Made by a program: the position numbers and the translations under genes
The notes under the pieces: generated by a model
The model's database searches: none
What the model was told of the DNA's origin: nothing
What the model saw: the letters and a program-made list of their open reading frames with translations, nothing else
In this document: positions 14,534-28,275 of the stretch, one piece after another
Layout of the letters: each line of letters opens with the position of its first letter
How positions within the stretch are numbered: position 1 is the first letter of the stretch
DNA from: Rhizophagus irregularis
Lineage: Eukaryota
Direction: 5' to 3'
Assembly (NCBI RefSeq): GCF_026210795.1
Contig: NC_089432.1
Coordinates: 5,766,001 to 5,830,000 of the forward strand
DNA length: 64,000 nucleotides

Positions 14534-14917
14534 ATGTCTGTTAATAGGTAACACTTTTTCACTTTATCATATACTTTATCGAGCGATTTGTCAATAAAAC
14601 TCGATTGAATTTCCTTTAGTTTGTCAACTTCAAATCCCAAAGAACAAGAACAGAAATTCCTTAATGATCATGAAACTCAAGTGTTATATGAACTTCGTGG
14701 CATTTTGAATGCTATCGAATCAATGTAATAAATTTATGTATATTTATTTATTTGTTTGTTTGTTTATTAAGGACAAAATTTTTTTTTTTATTTATAATTT
14801 AGAAATCGAACAATATTAGATGCGATTCAATTAACTTCATCTGGCGGAAGACTTTATGAAGCACAACAACGTTCAAATACTGGGTTGGATGACTTTAAGA
14901 AATTAATTAGCAAATAA
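14534..14917 (+). CDS. Small (~77 aa) helical protein from three exons (14534-14547, 14620-~14725, ~14803-14917)
   Basis: Two GT-AG introns join an open frame MSVNSLSTSNPKEQEQKFLNDHETQVLYELRGILNAIESINRTILDAIQLTSSGGRLYEAQQRSNTGLDDFKKLISK*. It lies head-to-head with the F-box gene. Confidence 0.6.
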
Positions 14918-15604
14918 ATAAATATATTCATTCAGTTTTCCGGTTAACCGATTTAAACAAAAAGCGAATTGGTTAGTTATAAATTGCAACTCAACCTAAA
15001 AAGAGTTAGCAAAGAAGCGAAAATTCGGTTTCTTTTATAGGTGCTGTTCTTCCAAATATGGAAAATTAACTTATAAATAGTTTGAGCATTATACATAGTA
15101 TGATTTTTTCAAGAAATATCCGAGAGTATTATTTGACAATATAAAAATATAAAAGTGAAATTATTAAAGGCTTATAATAAAAGAATTTTGTTTTGCGAGA
15201 TTATATGTAGAAACTTCATAGTAAATGACTGAAACTAAATACTGACCAACATTTAATATTACAGATAAATATTTAATACTAATTTTTTGTAATTTTTAAT
15301 TTAATAAAATGAAGCAAATTTTTGTCAGAAATATTTCATATTTATAGGTATTATAGGTATAATAAATAACTATTTTAACTTTTCATATTTTGTTACATTT
15401 ATTCAAATTTAAATCATATCAAAACAAATCAAATGGTGGCAATTTTATAGTAACAATAAAAATATTAGGTTCCCAAACATCTCTTATCTATATTAGATAA
15501 AAATATTATATTTCATAAATATTAATGTTAGAAAAATAAAATTATTACTATTAGATCCTTTTTATTAAAATCAGATTATTTAAGAAAATGCATATATAGA
15601 ATAT

Positions 15605-15900
15605 CATAGGACTCAAAAATATATATAGGTGATGAAAACCTTTTTGCATTTCTGAAATCTGTGACAGGTTATTGTCAATCAATAATATAATAGGAAGGAA
15701 ATAGAAAGGAGTGATGTTTACATGTCACCTGATCACATGCAGCCATGAGTTCAAAAACACTAAGTATCTGAGGAACAGAGAATTTTTTTCATGCCAAAAA
15801 TTTATTTGTCACCCATTATCTATCACCATGATCGGCATAACTTGTCACAGATTTCAGAGGTGCAAACTTTTTATATACATATTTTTTCAGGGCCGTAATT
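15605..15900. mobile_element. Degenerate MITE-like inverted-repeat element
   Basis: tttgcatttctgaaatctgtgacaggttat (~15643) is inverted against ataacttgtcacagatttcagaggtgcaaa (~15838). Ends are approximate. Confidence 0.5.
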
Positions 15901-16410
15901 ATGATAATATCAGTTAGTTACTATAATAGAAAATAAAATTCTGACTAGTATTATTAAAAATTATCTAAAAAAGAAAAGATTTTTATGATTTTTTTAGTTC
16001 AAAATATGCAAACTCAAATATGATCTTTTTATATTTCTGGATTTTTATAGAATAAAAGCCTTTAAAAATATTTAGAGCAAATTAAATTAAATAGTGTTTC
16101 AATACTTATTACATTAGTTTATTTATAAACTTTTCAAAAAATTGAGATGAATTCTGATATTTCTATAAATATTTAGAAATGAAAGGAGATTGAAATGAAC
16201 TAAATACATCTTTCATATAAGAATTATTAATTTTCTTTTTCTTTTCTTTCTCTTTTTTTTTCTTTTTTTCACACTTTTCTCTTTTTTTTTCTTTTTCTTT
16301 TTCTTCTTCGGAATCTTTTAATAATAGTGCAAAAAAACTTTATTTAATGTAAAATAAATGTGCAATACTTATGTATTTAATAAATACATTTATATAATTA
16401 TATAATATAT

Positions 16411-17617
16411 AAGGGGAGTTACATATATTATGTAATATTCAGTTTATCGCTATTTTCGATTTAGTTGAAACTGATTAAATTATAAATAAAAATAATAAAA
16501 TACTGAAAACACTTACATCACATATTGATCAACAATGATCAGCCAATGAAATTTAAACACATAATAATTTACTGAATAAAAAAATTATTTTTTGTGTTTA
16601 AACGTTTAAAAAAAAAAATTTTAACATTATGCTTTTTACAACCTTACAATAATTAGAAAATTTCACCAACCATTTAAAAACAATAATTACTACTTTATAA
16701 TATTTTGATTATCTGTAATTTGATTTGAATAATTTTTTATTTAAAAATTTAAAATTTATATAATTATAATGATTTTTTTTAAAAAAAAAAATCAAAATCT
16801 TAGTGTTCTGTTAATTTATAATTTAAATAATTTTTTAATTTTTGAAAAAAACAAATCTTTTTCTAATCATAGTCCAAAAATTGCCCTAACTCAAGTACCC
16901 GCATTTATCTAGCTATAGATATAAATATTTATCTCTAGCTGTATATAAAAATATCTTGTTTATCCAACAAGATCTATAATAAAGTGAATAAAAATAAAAA
17001 ACAGTAATTATTACTTACTAATATTATACAGTATAGCCAATATAATAATAAACTTAGTTTACCTTTAAAATAATATTAAACTTTGCAATCTAAAATACTG
17101 GCAAATACTTTATTATTATTTAATAAGTATTTTCAGTTAAATACTCCAGTTAAATAAAAAAAAATAATAATATTTAGTGTGAAGTTACAGTTTTCAGTGA
17201 GGGACTGCTATTATACTCCCATTTAATATATTCAGTTAGAGTTGAATCGCTAGTAATCTCCCATTAAAACATTACAAAAATAAAAAAAAATAATAAAAAT
17301 AATACAGGAGTGGCTTAGCATGATGCAATCAAATAATCAAAATATTTTATATGTTCATATGTGAAACGTGATGCTTTATTAGTACAGTTTCACAAAATTA
17401 TGAGTTTTCAGTCTTTTTATTATAATTGATCGACAAGCTGCAGTTTCAACCAAATTGAAAATGGTAATAATATAAACTTACTCCTTCCCCCTCTTGTTAG
17501 ATTTAATAATCAATCAAATTATAATATTTATAAATTATATATTTTATTAAATATAACATAAGATTTTGGTTACCTCTTTCCCCCTTTTATAATTACGTAA
17601 TATCTGTAAGCTCCCTA
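16411..17617. mobile_element. Decayed non-autonomous TIR element
   Basis: aggggagttacatatattatgtaat is inverted against attacgtaatatctgtaagctccct. An inner arm, tttagttgaaactg...actgaaaac, is inverted against gttttcagt...cagtttcaaccaaat. Confidence 0.5.
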
Positions 17618-18664
17618 AATTATTAAATTTTTTAAAATTTTTAAAAAAATTATTCTTCAATAAATATTAAGTTTAATTAACAAACAATAGGTAAATCATA
17701 TAATGATTAGTAGTAATTTGCATATTTTTTCCAATTATTTAAAGTAAAAAGGTAATTTTGCATACTGAACTTATAAAAAACTTTTGTGTATTATTAGTAA
17801 AAAGTTTAAAAGTTACCTTACTTTTTTATATATATTTTGAGATCTTATTGTAGATATATGACAGAATATAAACTGCAGTAAAATAATAAGTAATATAATA
17901 TAACATAAAACTACTATTGTTTAAATAAAGTGAAGAATAACAATTTTTTATTCTTTATAATGTAATACTCATCAAATATTTACATAAACAGGTAAATTAT
18001 AGCATAATTAATACTAATCAAAAAACTGCTAACTGCATAAATACAAATTAAACAATAAACAAATAAATACAGGAAGTTAATAATTTATTAATTTATTAAT
18101 AAAAATAATAAACAAATGATACTGGTGGTAAACACTAATGGTTTTTTATAGCCGTAATTTTCTTTTTTGTCAAAAAATAAAAATTCTGTTATGTATTATA
18201 ACTCATCATCTACTGATTGTATAAGAACATAATTTAGCTTATTAGAATTATCTAAATGATGAGATGAGTTAAATAATAATAAGATCATATCTCTAGTATT
18301 GATAAATAAAAAGATAATTCATGCTAAACATTTTTAGAAAATCAGCATTAAAAAAACATGCATCAATCATTATAAAGGTTTAATATTAAGTTTATATTTA
18401 TTGAATACAATTATTTAATTAAGGCCTGACCAATTAGATTCTACGGTTTACATAACCCCCCTGTTTTTTATGATTATCGCCTGATATTATACAATATATG
18501 CAACTAATAATAATACGTAATTTGCTAGTCACATGATATCGTGATTTAAAAATCGTCAGCAGATTAGCAGATTATCAGTTGTCATATTCTGCTTTTTTTC
18601 ACACAAAGTATTTCTATAATAGAATTATTTCTCGTTATTCTTTTAAATTTATATCTTAAAAACA

Positions 18665-19310
18665 TGGCAAAGTATCTAGTAACTGTACTAAAAACCTTTA
18701 TAAATGTACAAACAACATGTTATATCTTGTAGTAATAGTTACTGAAGGTATTATTAAATGTGTAATACCTGAGCGAATAATTACAATTACAGAAAATGAA
18801 CAGTTTTCAGAATTGTATGAAATATTTACTTCTGGACAATTTAATAATCAAAATGTTAAAGTTTATGTTCGTCAAAATAGAGTTAACAAATGGGTAGAAG
18901 TAAGCGATGGGTTAAATAGTGATCTTAAAATTATGGAAGTTTTAGGATATAATCATGTAAATTTTTCGCTTATCACAGAATCTATAAGATAAATAGATCT
19001 GGTTAATTTTTCTGATGCATTTAATATTATGATGAGAAATGCACGACAACTAAAACTCCCATAGCATCATACTGAACATACTAGACGTGATTTATTATAT
19101 AATGAGATTATTGATCTTTTACGTAATCAAAAAGCTGGTTGGAAAGGAGGTGTTCACCAAACTTTAGGAAAGGAGTTTGTAGAGCGTATTGCAAATGCTA
19201 TTTGGTATATTGATCCACATTTAAAATTATTACAATCTCATTTTTGCCATATTCCTGTGCTCTTTAAAGAATTAGCAACATATGCAAATGATGATCCTGA
19301 TATAAATACA
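18665..19310 (+). pseudogene. Truncated pseudogene fragment of a repetitive or TE-associated protein family
   Basis: Coding-like frame (VIVTEGIIKCVIPER...RRDLLYNEIIDLL...FVERIANAIWYIDPH) with in-frame stops near 18990 and 19061, ending abruptly. Confidence 0.5.
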
Positions 19311-20640
19311 TACGGCAGTTTCATCAGTTCTTATTTAAACTGAAAAAAAATTGCATCAAACTAACTTATTCAAAGCTTTAGTATTAGCCAAACTCTTTTC
19401 CATCATCTTTAATGTTTTATCTTTTACCTTCTGTTTCTTGTTACTTAAACCAATCTTCTGTAAATCCTTATAAACTGTATTTTTTACTTCTAGTTATAGC
19501 CATTTCTTAGTAGTTTATTACAACTTTTAGATAGTTATAAAGAAAATATTGCATCCAAATACCTTTATATTCTTGTAAGATGATTTTTATATCAGTAATT
19601 TTATTCAAATCAGCCAAATCAATCTAATTTTTAAAATACATAATTAATTTACAGTACGCATATTCTTTTCTTAAACTACCTTTGAATACTTTACACCTTG
19701 TTGGTACAATTAAAGATTGAAAAGGTTTTTAAAATATAATAATAAAGTAATTATAGTTTCAGTAATATTTTTAACTATAGTTTAAAATCATTTTCATTCC
19801 TTTTATTATTGAAGATTCCAGATAACTGGATACTATCAGACAGAAAGATTATTTAAAGGAGTAATTTAAATTCCTTGATCCTATAGTTTTATTACTATTT
19901 GTTAAAGTTAATAGATACATTGATTGTTATATATTTCTTTTGACTCTTAATCTTTATAGTGATTATGTGATCCTATTTCTTAAGATTCAAAAAAATTTTA
20001 AGTTAAGATTAAGTAAAAAAGACATCATTTAAAATTTTAATTTATGATTGAAAGATTATAGTCAGTTATAATAAAAAATTTATTTTTCTAGAACATACTA
20101 TTATTTCTTTTTAATTAGCTGAATCTTGCTAACTAATACCATATACTTATCTGCATTTTTATTCATTCTTTTATTATTAAAAAAAGTTAGAAAGGTAGGC
20201 TTATTGCTATTGCTATTTATATTTAAATTTCTAAAAGTCATTTCTGCAAAGGTTATAGTTCATTTTTTTTCTTTTGAATATAGGATGTGACTTTGGCATT
20301 AAGTTTTATAAAACTTTTTTTGGAATTTTTTGTTAAAGAAATTAGTTGCACATTATCTGATTGGTGTTCAGTATTATCAATAATTTTCAAATCCATCAGT
20401 ATCACTTCATCTGATACTGGTGTATTATTAGTATATTTGTTGAAGTTGATGCTGCAATTTATTTTAAATTGTTTACTACTATGAGTTTTTCTTTTAAAGT
20501 AGCTTCGTAATCTTTGGTAACTGAAAGACAGAGATAATAAACAACAAATAGTTAAATTGTAATAAATTATTCAAATAGCTAAACAAACTATAATTGTTAA
20601 GAAATGCCAGTTTTGCTAAACTGTTAAAAGTGTTTGAGGC

Positions 20641-22255
20641 TAAGGATGGGTCCGCAAATGATTTTCAAATTCCGCAATATTGCGGAATTTAGTGTTGAAT
20701 TGCGGTTAGTAATCCGTAATTTCGCAATTCTGATTGGCTGCCCGGAACTGTGTTTTTTTGCAATCTTATATAATATATAAAAATGCCGGAACTATTAGTT
20801 TCAGTGGTTTTATTTTTATTTTTTATATAAGATATGCCGGAACTATTAGTTCCGGCGTTTTTTTTTAATTTTTATATAAAATATGCCGGAACTATTAGTT
20901 CGGCGTTTTTTTTGATTTTTTATATAAAGTATGCCGGAACTATTAGTTCCAGCGTTTTTTTTAATTTTTTATATAAAATATGCGAACTATTAGTTCCGGC
21001 GTTTTTTTTAATTTTTTATATAAAATATGCTGGAACTATTAGTTCCGGCGTTTTTTTTTAATTTTTTATATAAAATATGCCGGAACTATTAGTTCCGGCA
21101 TTTTTTTTGATTTTTTATATAAAGTATGCCGGAACTATTAGTTCCGGCGTTTTTTTGATTTTTTATATAAAATATGCCGGAACTATTAGTTCCGGCGTTT
21201 TTTGATTTTTTATATAAAATATGCGAGGAACAATTAGTTCCAGTGTTTTTTTTGATTTTTTATATAAAATATGCGGAACCATTAGTTCGGCATTTTTTTG
21301 ATTTTTTATATAAAATATGCCGGAACTATTAGTTCGGCATTTTTTTGATTTTTTTATATAAAATATGCCGGAACTATTAGTTCCGGCGTTTTTTTAAATT
21401 TTTTTATAAAATGTGCCGGAACTATTAGTTCCGACATTTTTTTTAAATTTTTTAATAAAATGTGCCGGAACTATTAGTTCTGGCATTTTTTTTTAATTTT
21501 TTAATTTTTTTATATAAAATATGCCGGAACTATTAGTTCCGGCATTTTTTTTAATTTTTTTTAATTTTTTTATATAAAATATGCCGGAACTATTAGTTCT
21601 GGCATTTTTTTTAATTTTTTATATATAATATGCCGGAACTATTAGTTCTGGCATTTTCTTTTTATTTTTTTATATAAAATATGCCGGAACTAATAGTTCC
21701 GGCGTTTTCTTTTTATTTTTCCTATATAAATATGCCAGAACTAATTGTTCCGGCATTTTCTTTTTGTTTTTTCTATATAAATATGCCGGAACTAATAGTT
21801 CCAGCGTTTTCTTTTTGTTTTTATAAATTTAATAACCATATCGGCCGGTTAATTTAACGGTGTTGATAAACCGTAATATAATCCGGCCGATCCAATTTTT
21901 TTTAAAAAAATAAATCATTTTTTTTTAATATTATATTAACGAAAAAATGATTTTTTTTTAAATATTTTTATTAATAACGAACTTATTTTTTAGACTAGTA
22001 AGTTTAAAAAAATAGTTAGTTATAAAAAAAAATATTTTTTTCCCCCCGCAATTTTTTCCGCAATTCCGCAATTTTCCGCAATTCCGCAATTAATTACGGA
22101 ATTGCGGATTATTTGCGAATTGCAGAAAAATTGCGGAATTGGGGATAATACATCGATTGCGGAATTGCGGATATGTGTACTTCAAAATCCGCAATGTTCC
22201 GCAATGTCGCAAATCGCAATTATTCCGCAATTGCCTATTTGCGGCACCATCTTTA
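20641..22255. mobile_element. Non-autonomous hAT-type DNA transposon (1.6 kb) with an internal palindromic minisatellite
   Basis: Perfect 8-bp TSD TTTGAGGC (20633-20640 and 22256-22263). TIRs taaggatgggtccgcaaat / reverse complement taaagatggtgccgcaaat. Subterminal ttccgcaa/ttgcggaa repeats. Confidence 0.9.
20775..21815. repeat. Tandem array of about 21 units of ~50 bp, each with the palindrome GCCGGAACTA-T-TAGTTCCGGC
   Basis: Unit tatataaaatatgccggaactattagttccggcgttttttttaattttt repeats directly, with variation in T-tract length. Confidence 0.93.
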
Positions 22256-22900
22256 TTTGAGGCTGTATGAGGATCTTATTTATTTCTAATAGAGGTTTTC
22301 AGAAAAATTTTAAATTTACTAGTAATTTTATCAGCGATCTTATTGGTTAATTAATCTAAAAAGGAAAAAAATCATAACAACTTAGTATAACATTCATATA
22401 GGCTGATTTGTTTACTTTGCATTAAAAAGAGTAATTGATTGATTTTCACAATTTTTGTTACTCAAAATTGTTTTGTAATACCTCTGATTGATGATCACTT
22501 GACTAAATAATAAGTTGAACAAAAATTTACATTTGCAAAACTTAAATTATTAAATGTAAAAGAGCTGTAAAAAAATCCATTTCGCTAATAAAAACGCATT
22601 TATTTAAATATATATAGAATTTTTAATATATATTATTAAAAAGTAAGTATATTTTAATAAAATATAAAGTAAAATAAAAATTTATATAGCCTTAGTAGCT
22701 ATAAATGTTTATAAAAGTATAATAAAAATATCATATAAAAGATGGTATCATAATAGATATTTTCAAACAATAAAAATAATTATTTTATGTTAGAGTTTGT
22801 ATTACCATCTTTAAATGCAAATATATCAAAATTCACTGATCAGTTTTCTATAATTTTAGGCTCATTGGAAAGCCCTTGTTCTGGATTTTATAGGCGAAAA

Positions 22901-25900
22901 TAGGGCTCTGATCGGTTTCGGTAATAACTAAACTGAACTGAACGGTTTCAGTTTCAGAGCGGTTTCGGTTTTCTAATTTACTGAACTGAATCCTTTGGTA
23001 AATTTACCGATCGATTTCGGTAATTGCGGTTTCAGTATCGGTTTTGCGATTTACCGAACTGAATTACCGAATTATCCGAATAAAGTTAGTACGGTAATTC
23101 AGTAATACAAATTGATTTTATCATTTAAATAATCTTTTTTTTTCAGACACTTCTAACACTTTTCTTATATTTTCTCTTCTATCTAATATAATTTTCCCTT
23201 CATTAATAATTTTTTAATATTTCAATTTAATATAATAATGGCGGATTCAGAAACTGACCAGGAAGAAATGGAGGAAGAAATAGACGAAGAAAATAATGGA
23301 GACGAGTCTGAAGTCAGTGAAGTGAAAGAAGACGAAGAAAATGATACTAGGCTGTCTAGTCGTAATACTAATAAGCGAAGTTGGGTTTGAGGACATTTCA
23401 AATACGAAGACTCATTAAAAAAAAGCCAAATGCGATTATTGTAAAAGTTTAATCTGTTGTAATAAAGGCAGCACTAACAAAATTTTTTTTTTAATTGTAT
23501 CTTTCTTCTATTTTTTCTATTTTGTAGGTTTCTTTCAGTTCTTGGGCGTTGGATATATAGGTGGGTTTCGAAGTGAAACTTCAAAACTTTTTTTTAAAAA
23601 AATATTTTAATTTTTTTTCTTCTATTTGTAGGTTTGGCCTTCAGTTCTTGGGTGTTGAATATACGGGTGAGTTACTACTGGACTGTCAAACCATTTTAAG
23701 AGTAAATATAATATAACAAAAAATCAAGAAAAAAACAAACTCACAATACATGAAGTTATTAACAATTCTGAGGCAATTGTAAGTGATCATTTGTGGTATT
23801 AATTATCAAATATGAATATTTTTTAATTTTTCATATATTTTTATTCAATTAGGTGTACAGTAAAGAAACTTTTAGAAAATTCCTTATTGAATGGATCGTA
23901 AAAAATGATCTTCCTTTCATGTGTGTAGAATCTGAAGATTTTAGGAGTATGATTCATCTTTTGCGCAAGGATGCATTTATACCCTCTGCAGATACAATCA
24001 AAAATGATATAATATCAATTTTTGATGAAAGTAAAAAAAAAATTAATTCTATTTTACAGGTATTATAATTGTATTTTGTTAATAATATTTTTATTTAAAT
24101 TCTACTAATTAATTCAATTTTTGTAGAATATATCTAAAAAAATATCCTTTACGATAGATGGCTGGACATCTTCAAACAATGTATCTTTTCTAGGCATAAC
24201 AGCCCATTTGATCACGAATGAATGGGAACTAAAGAGTTTCCTTCTAGATTTTATAAAACTCGATGGTCCTCACTCGGGTGCTAATATAAAGGAAGCTTTC
24301 TTAAAAAGCTTAAGTAGTTATAATATTGAATCAAAGGTTTGTTTTTCTATTTTTAAATTATGTACCTCACTATTTATAAAACTAAGTTAAAAAAAAATTT
24401 TTATATAGATCCTTGGTGTAACTACAGATAACGCTAGTAATAACATTACATTCCTCCAGGCTGTTGAAGACGAATTATCTAAAAAATTTATTCGATTTGA
24501 AAGTAAAGATAAACATGTGCGTTGTTTGGCCCATGTTATGAATTTAGCAGCGCAACAAGTCCTTACTATGCTCAAAGCCATAGAGGATAACGAACCATCA
24601 AATGAAAATAGTGGAGGTAGTCTTATATATAAAGTAAATTTTACTTTGCGTCTTTTCTATTCTTTAATTAATAATTAATTAATTTATTAATTATATTGTT
24701 TTCTTTAGCTTCGAACTCTTATTAAAAAGATAAAAGCATTCCCACAACAACAGGAAAAATTTAAAGCTCAATGCAAAGTTGCAAATATTTCTAATTTAAA
24801 TGTAATACTTGATGTGCGTACAAGATGGAACTCGACTCATGATATGCTTATGAGAGCGAAAACCCTTAAAGAAGTAAGTTTACTTATATTATTGTTTTAA
24901 TTTTATTTTAATTTATTAAAAAATAATTATAATTTTATTTTTCAGCCTATTAATACATTAAGCAATAGTGACCAAAACCTTCGTACTTTATCAATTAATG
25001 AAGAGAAATGGGTTCGTCTTAGTGAAATAGAAGAATTATTAAAGGTTTAATTTAATATTATATATATACATACATATTTTTATGATTTTAATAAAAATAT
25101 ATATATTTTTTTAGTGTTTTGCTAAGGCAACCAAACAGATTTGTGAGGAAACTTATCTGACGCTCTCCTATGCAATTCCAATATATAATATTTTATTAAA
25201 CAAATTGGAAGATTTTCGAGATACCCCAAATCGATTTGAGAATGAAAAGGTGAATTTCTTACTTTTATTAATATTTTTATATTAATTATAATTAATTTCT
25301 CTTTTTTAATAGGAAGCGGCAATCAATGCTATTAATAAGCTCAAAGAGTATTACAATAAAACTGATACAACTTTATATACAGTTTCATTGAGTAAGTTAT
25401 TGACTTATTGTACATTTTATAATATATATATTAATTTAGTTTATTATTATTTTGCTAATTTTTTTTAATATTTTTTATAATAGTTTTAGATCTACGTCTT
25501 AAATTAGAATATATGAAAGATAATGAGTGGGAGAAATGTTGGATCGATAAAACAAAGAATGTCGTATGAACTTACAAATTTTTTAATTTATTTGATTTAT
25601 GATTTTCTTCACCAGGCACATATTATATTAACAATTTGATAGGTATCCGAAATATATAATACGTTATATGCGCTAAAAGAGATTCAAAATACTAGGATTG
25701 AATGTAATTCCTCTGATGAAGATCTAGTTTCCCATATTTCAAAACGACAGCATATAGAATCTATAGGTAAATTGGATCGTTATTTAAAAGCTGATCATGC
25801 GCAACCTCTTACCAATGTTTTAAAGTGGTGGAAAGTAAGTTTTATTTGAAAGATTATTTATTTAATTAGTTATTTGTAAGTTGTAACATTTTTTTTTTTA

Positions 25901-26633
25901 TAAATAGCTACATGAAGAGGAATACCCACATTTAGCAAATATGGCCAAAGATTACCTTGGGGTTCCAGGTTTTTATCTTTATAATTTACAATTTTTAATT
26001 ATTTTCAATTATATTTAAAAATATTCTTATTAAATAGCGACAAGTGCGCCTTCTGAACGAATTTTTTCTAGTGCTGCGGATGTTATTACCTATGATAGAG
26101 CAAGTCTTGCTCCTGAGACGGTACGTTCAGTTATGTGCTTAAAACATTGGTATCACTCAGGTTTATTAGCTTAATTAATATATTAAGAATTTATATAGCA
26201 TGGCAAATGTAAAAAATTCACTTTATTAATTCATTTATGATAGTAGGTGTAGGAATAATGTAGTAATAAAATTACAGATATTATGAATAATATGACTATG
26301 TTAAGATGCACTCATATGTCAGTATATGCTTATTTTTAAATTTTAACTCACTTTATTAATAATACATATGAATTTTTATAACATTGCGAAATAAATAACT
26401 TAATGAAAAAAAAATGTTTAATGTTAATTATTTTAATTAAATAAACCATTTTTTATTAAAAATATTTTGCAGCATCAGTAAATCAGTTCGGTTTTCGGTA
26501 ATTACTGACCGGTATCGATTTTAACTAAAATCGAACTGAATTATTTCAGTTTTTGCTAATACCGATACCGAAATTTTCAGTTCAGTTTCAGTTTTAGCAA
26601 AAACCGTACCGAACCGAACCAATCGGAGCCCTA
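22901..26633 (+). mobile_element. Full-length but decayed hAT transposon
   Basis: TIRs tagggctctgatcggtt / reverse complement tagggctccgattggtt. Degenerate 8-bp TSD GGCGAAAA / AGTGAAAA. Subterminal accgaa/actgaa repeats. It interrupts an older ~165-bp-unit repeat (22810-22900 and 26642-26870). Confidence 0.9.
23238..26174 (+). pseudogene. hAT transposase (BED zinc finger, DDE core, C-terminal dimerisation domain), about 11 introns, inactivated
   Basis: RSWV*GHF..CDYC (BED), FTIDGWTS, TTDNASNN, RCLAHVMNL, DVRTRWNSTHDML, LKWWK, YPHLANMAKDYLGVPATSAPSERIFS. Has stops (e.g. ~23388, ~25144), a frameshift and a ~200-bp insertion at ~23476-23677. Confidence 0.9.
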
Positions 26634-26984
26634 AGTGAAAAATAACTTGCTAATTGAATCATTAGATCTGGAGATATTTACGTTTAAAGTTGAGGTATGA
26701 ACTTTTTAACATGCTTAAATGCAAATATCTTGGGATTCACTGATCCATTTTTTATAAATTTAGGCTCTTTGGAAAGCTTTTGATCTGGTCTATATGAACA
26801 AAAAAAGAGCTTGCCAATTGGATCGCTGGATTTGGAGATATTTACATTTAAGTTGAGATACAAATTTTTAACATATATAGTAAGTGCTAAGAATTATATT
26901 AATTTAAAAGAAATATTTACCAAATTATAGTATAATAACATTAAATAAAAAATTTTTTAATACTCATTTCCAATTTACTGTATA

Positions 26985-28275
26985 AGTAGGACAATCTTGG
27001 GGGTTCTGGGACAGCGGCTATCACATAGGTCTAACCATAATTTAGTGTACGCCGAACACCTACTTGCTTGTTTTCTGATATAATAACACTATACCTGTTT
27101 TTATACGACCACTAACTTGATTCCTGATATGTTATTACTTGATAGCTAAAAAAAACCCTCCAAGCGTTGTAGATAAGATTAACATCATATATTCCTAGGC
27201 ATTATTACCACACATGAATCCATTCCAGGGTATCATAATTTTATGCAATATCAGATTGCCTTTATAAGTGCCAAAGGTATGCCTTACAAAAAAAAATTTT
27301 ACTTAAAATATATTTAAATTATATTTAATTTTCTTTAAAATATACTTAATTTTCTTATTTTATACTTAAAATATACTGAAAATTGAATTTTCGCAAAATT
27401 TGAATTAAATTGTATTTAATATATACTTAAAATATATTTAATTTACACTTAAATTTTGCCTATTTCAGTATATTTTAAGAATATTTAAAATAAGAATATT
27501 TTAAGTATATTATTATGTACTTAAATTATACTTAAATAATACTTAATTTTTACCTATTTCAGTATATTTTAAGTATAAAATAAAATTTTAAATATATTTT
27601 AAGTATAAAATAAAATTTTAAGTTTATTTTAAGTATATTTTGGCAAAAATATTTTTTATAGGGATGAAGGACACGAAGTGTCTGTAATACCAATGGCACG
27701 ATTCAGCAATCCATTGTGGCATACTATTTTTATGATACTCTAAAAGGGATTCATTCGATGATTTAAGCCATTAAATGCTCTAACCAAAAATGTATAGCAG
27801 GAAGGCAACTAGACATATTGTAAAGCTTTCCTGCTATGCAAAAAAATCTGGGACAGTGAAGTCTAACCAAAAATCTGACCCAGGTCTAACCAAAAATGTA
27901 TAGCAGGAAGGCAACTAGATATATTTTAAAGCTTTTTCTCCTATACGAAAAAATCTGGGACAGCAAAGTCTAACCAAAATCCAACTCAGGTTTAACCAAA
28001 AAATGTATAGCAGGAAGGTAACTAGATATATTGTAAAGCTTTCCCTGAAATACGAAAAAATCTGATGGGACAACAGGTCTAACCAAAAGTCTAACCAAAA
28101 ATCCGTCCGAGGTCTAACCAAAAAATATACAGCAGGAAAACAACTAGACATATTGTAAAGCTTCCCCTGCAATACGAAAAATTCTGGGACAATGAAGTCT
28201 AACCAAAATTTAACCCTAATCATAAATTGCTCTGATTCTTTGTCGAAGCCTATTTTTATACCGATTTTGATAGTA
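26985..28275 (+). repeat. Left terminal inverted repeat (includes a 382-bp insertion), with internal ~120-bp tandem units rich in gtctaaccaaaa
   Basis: Reverse complement of ~39000-39919. Near-identical up to ...tctgattctttgtcgaag (28248). Confidence 0.92.
27282..27663. mobile_element. AT-rich MITE inserted in the left TIR only, with 3-bp TSD ATG
   Basis: The right TIR shows the empty site ggt-atg-aagg. The left has atg|ccttacaaaaaa...ttttttataggg|atg. Confidence 0.85.

Noticed and set aside
19310..20640. Possible minus-strand gene remnant interrupted by the hAT MITE
   Set aside because: Too many stops to assign a product or boundaries.
20775..21815. CRISPR-like array of palindromic repeats
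   Set aside because: The linkers are near-identical T/A tracts rather than unique spacers, there are no cas genes, the context is eukaryotic, and the array lies inside a TIR/TSD-bounded hAT MITE.
27915..28223. 102-aa ORF and its mirror in 39058-39313
   Set aside because: Translation of the TIR tandem repeats, low complexity and not protein-like.
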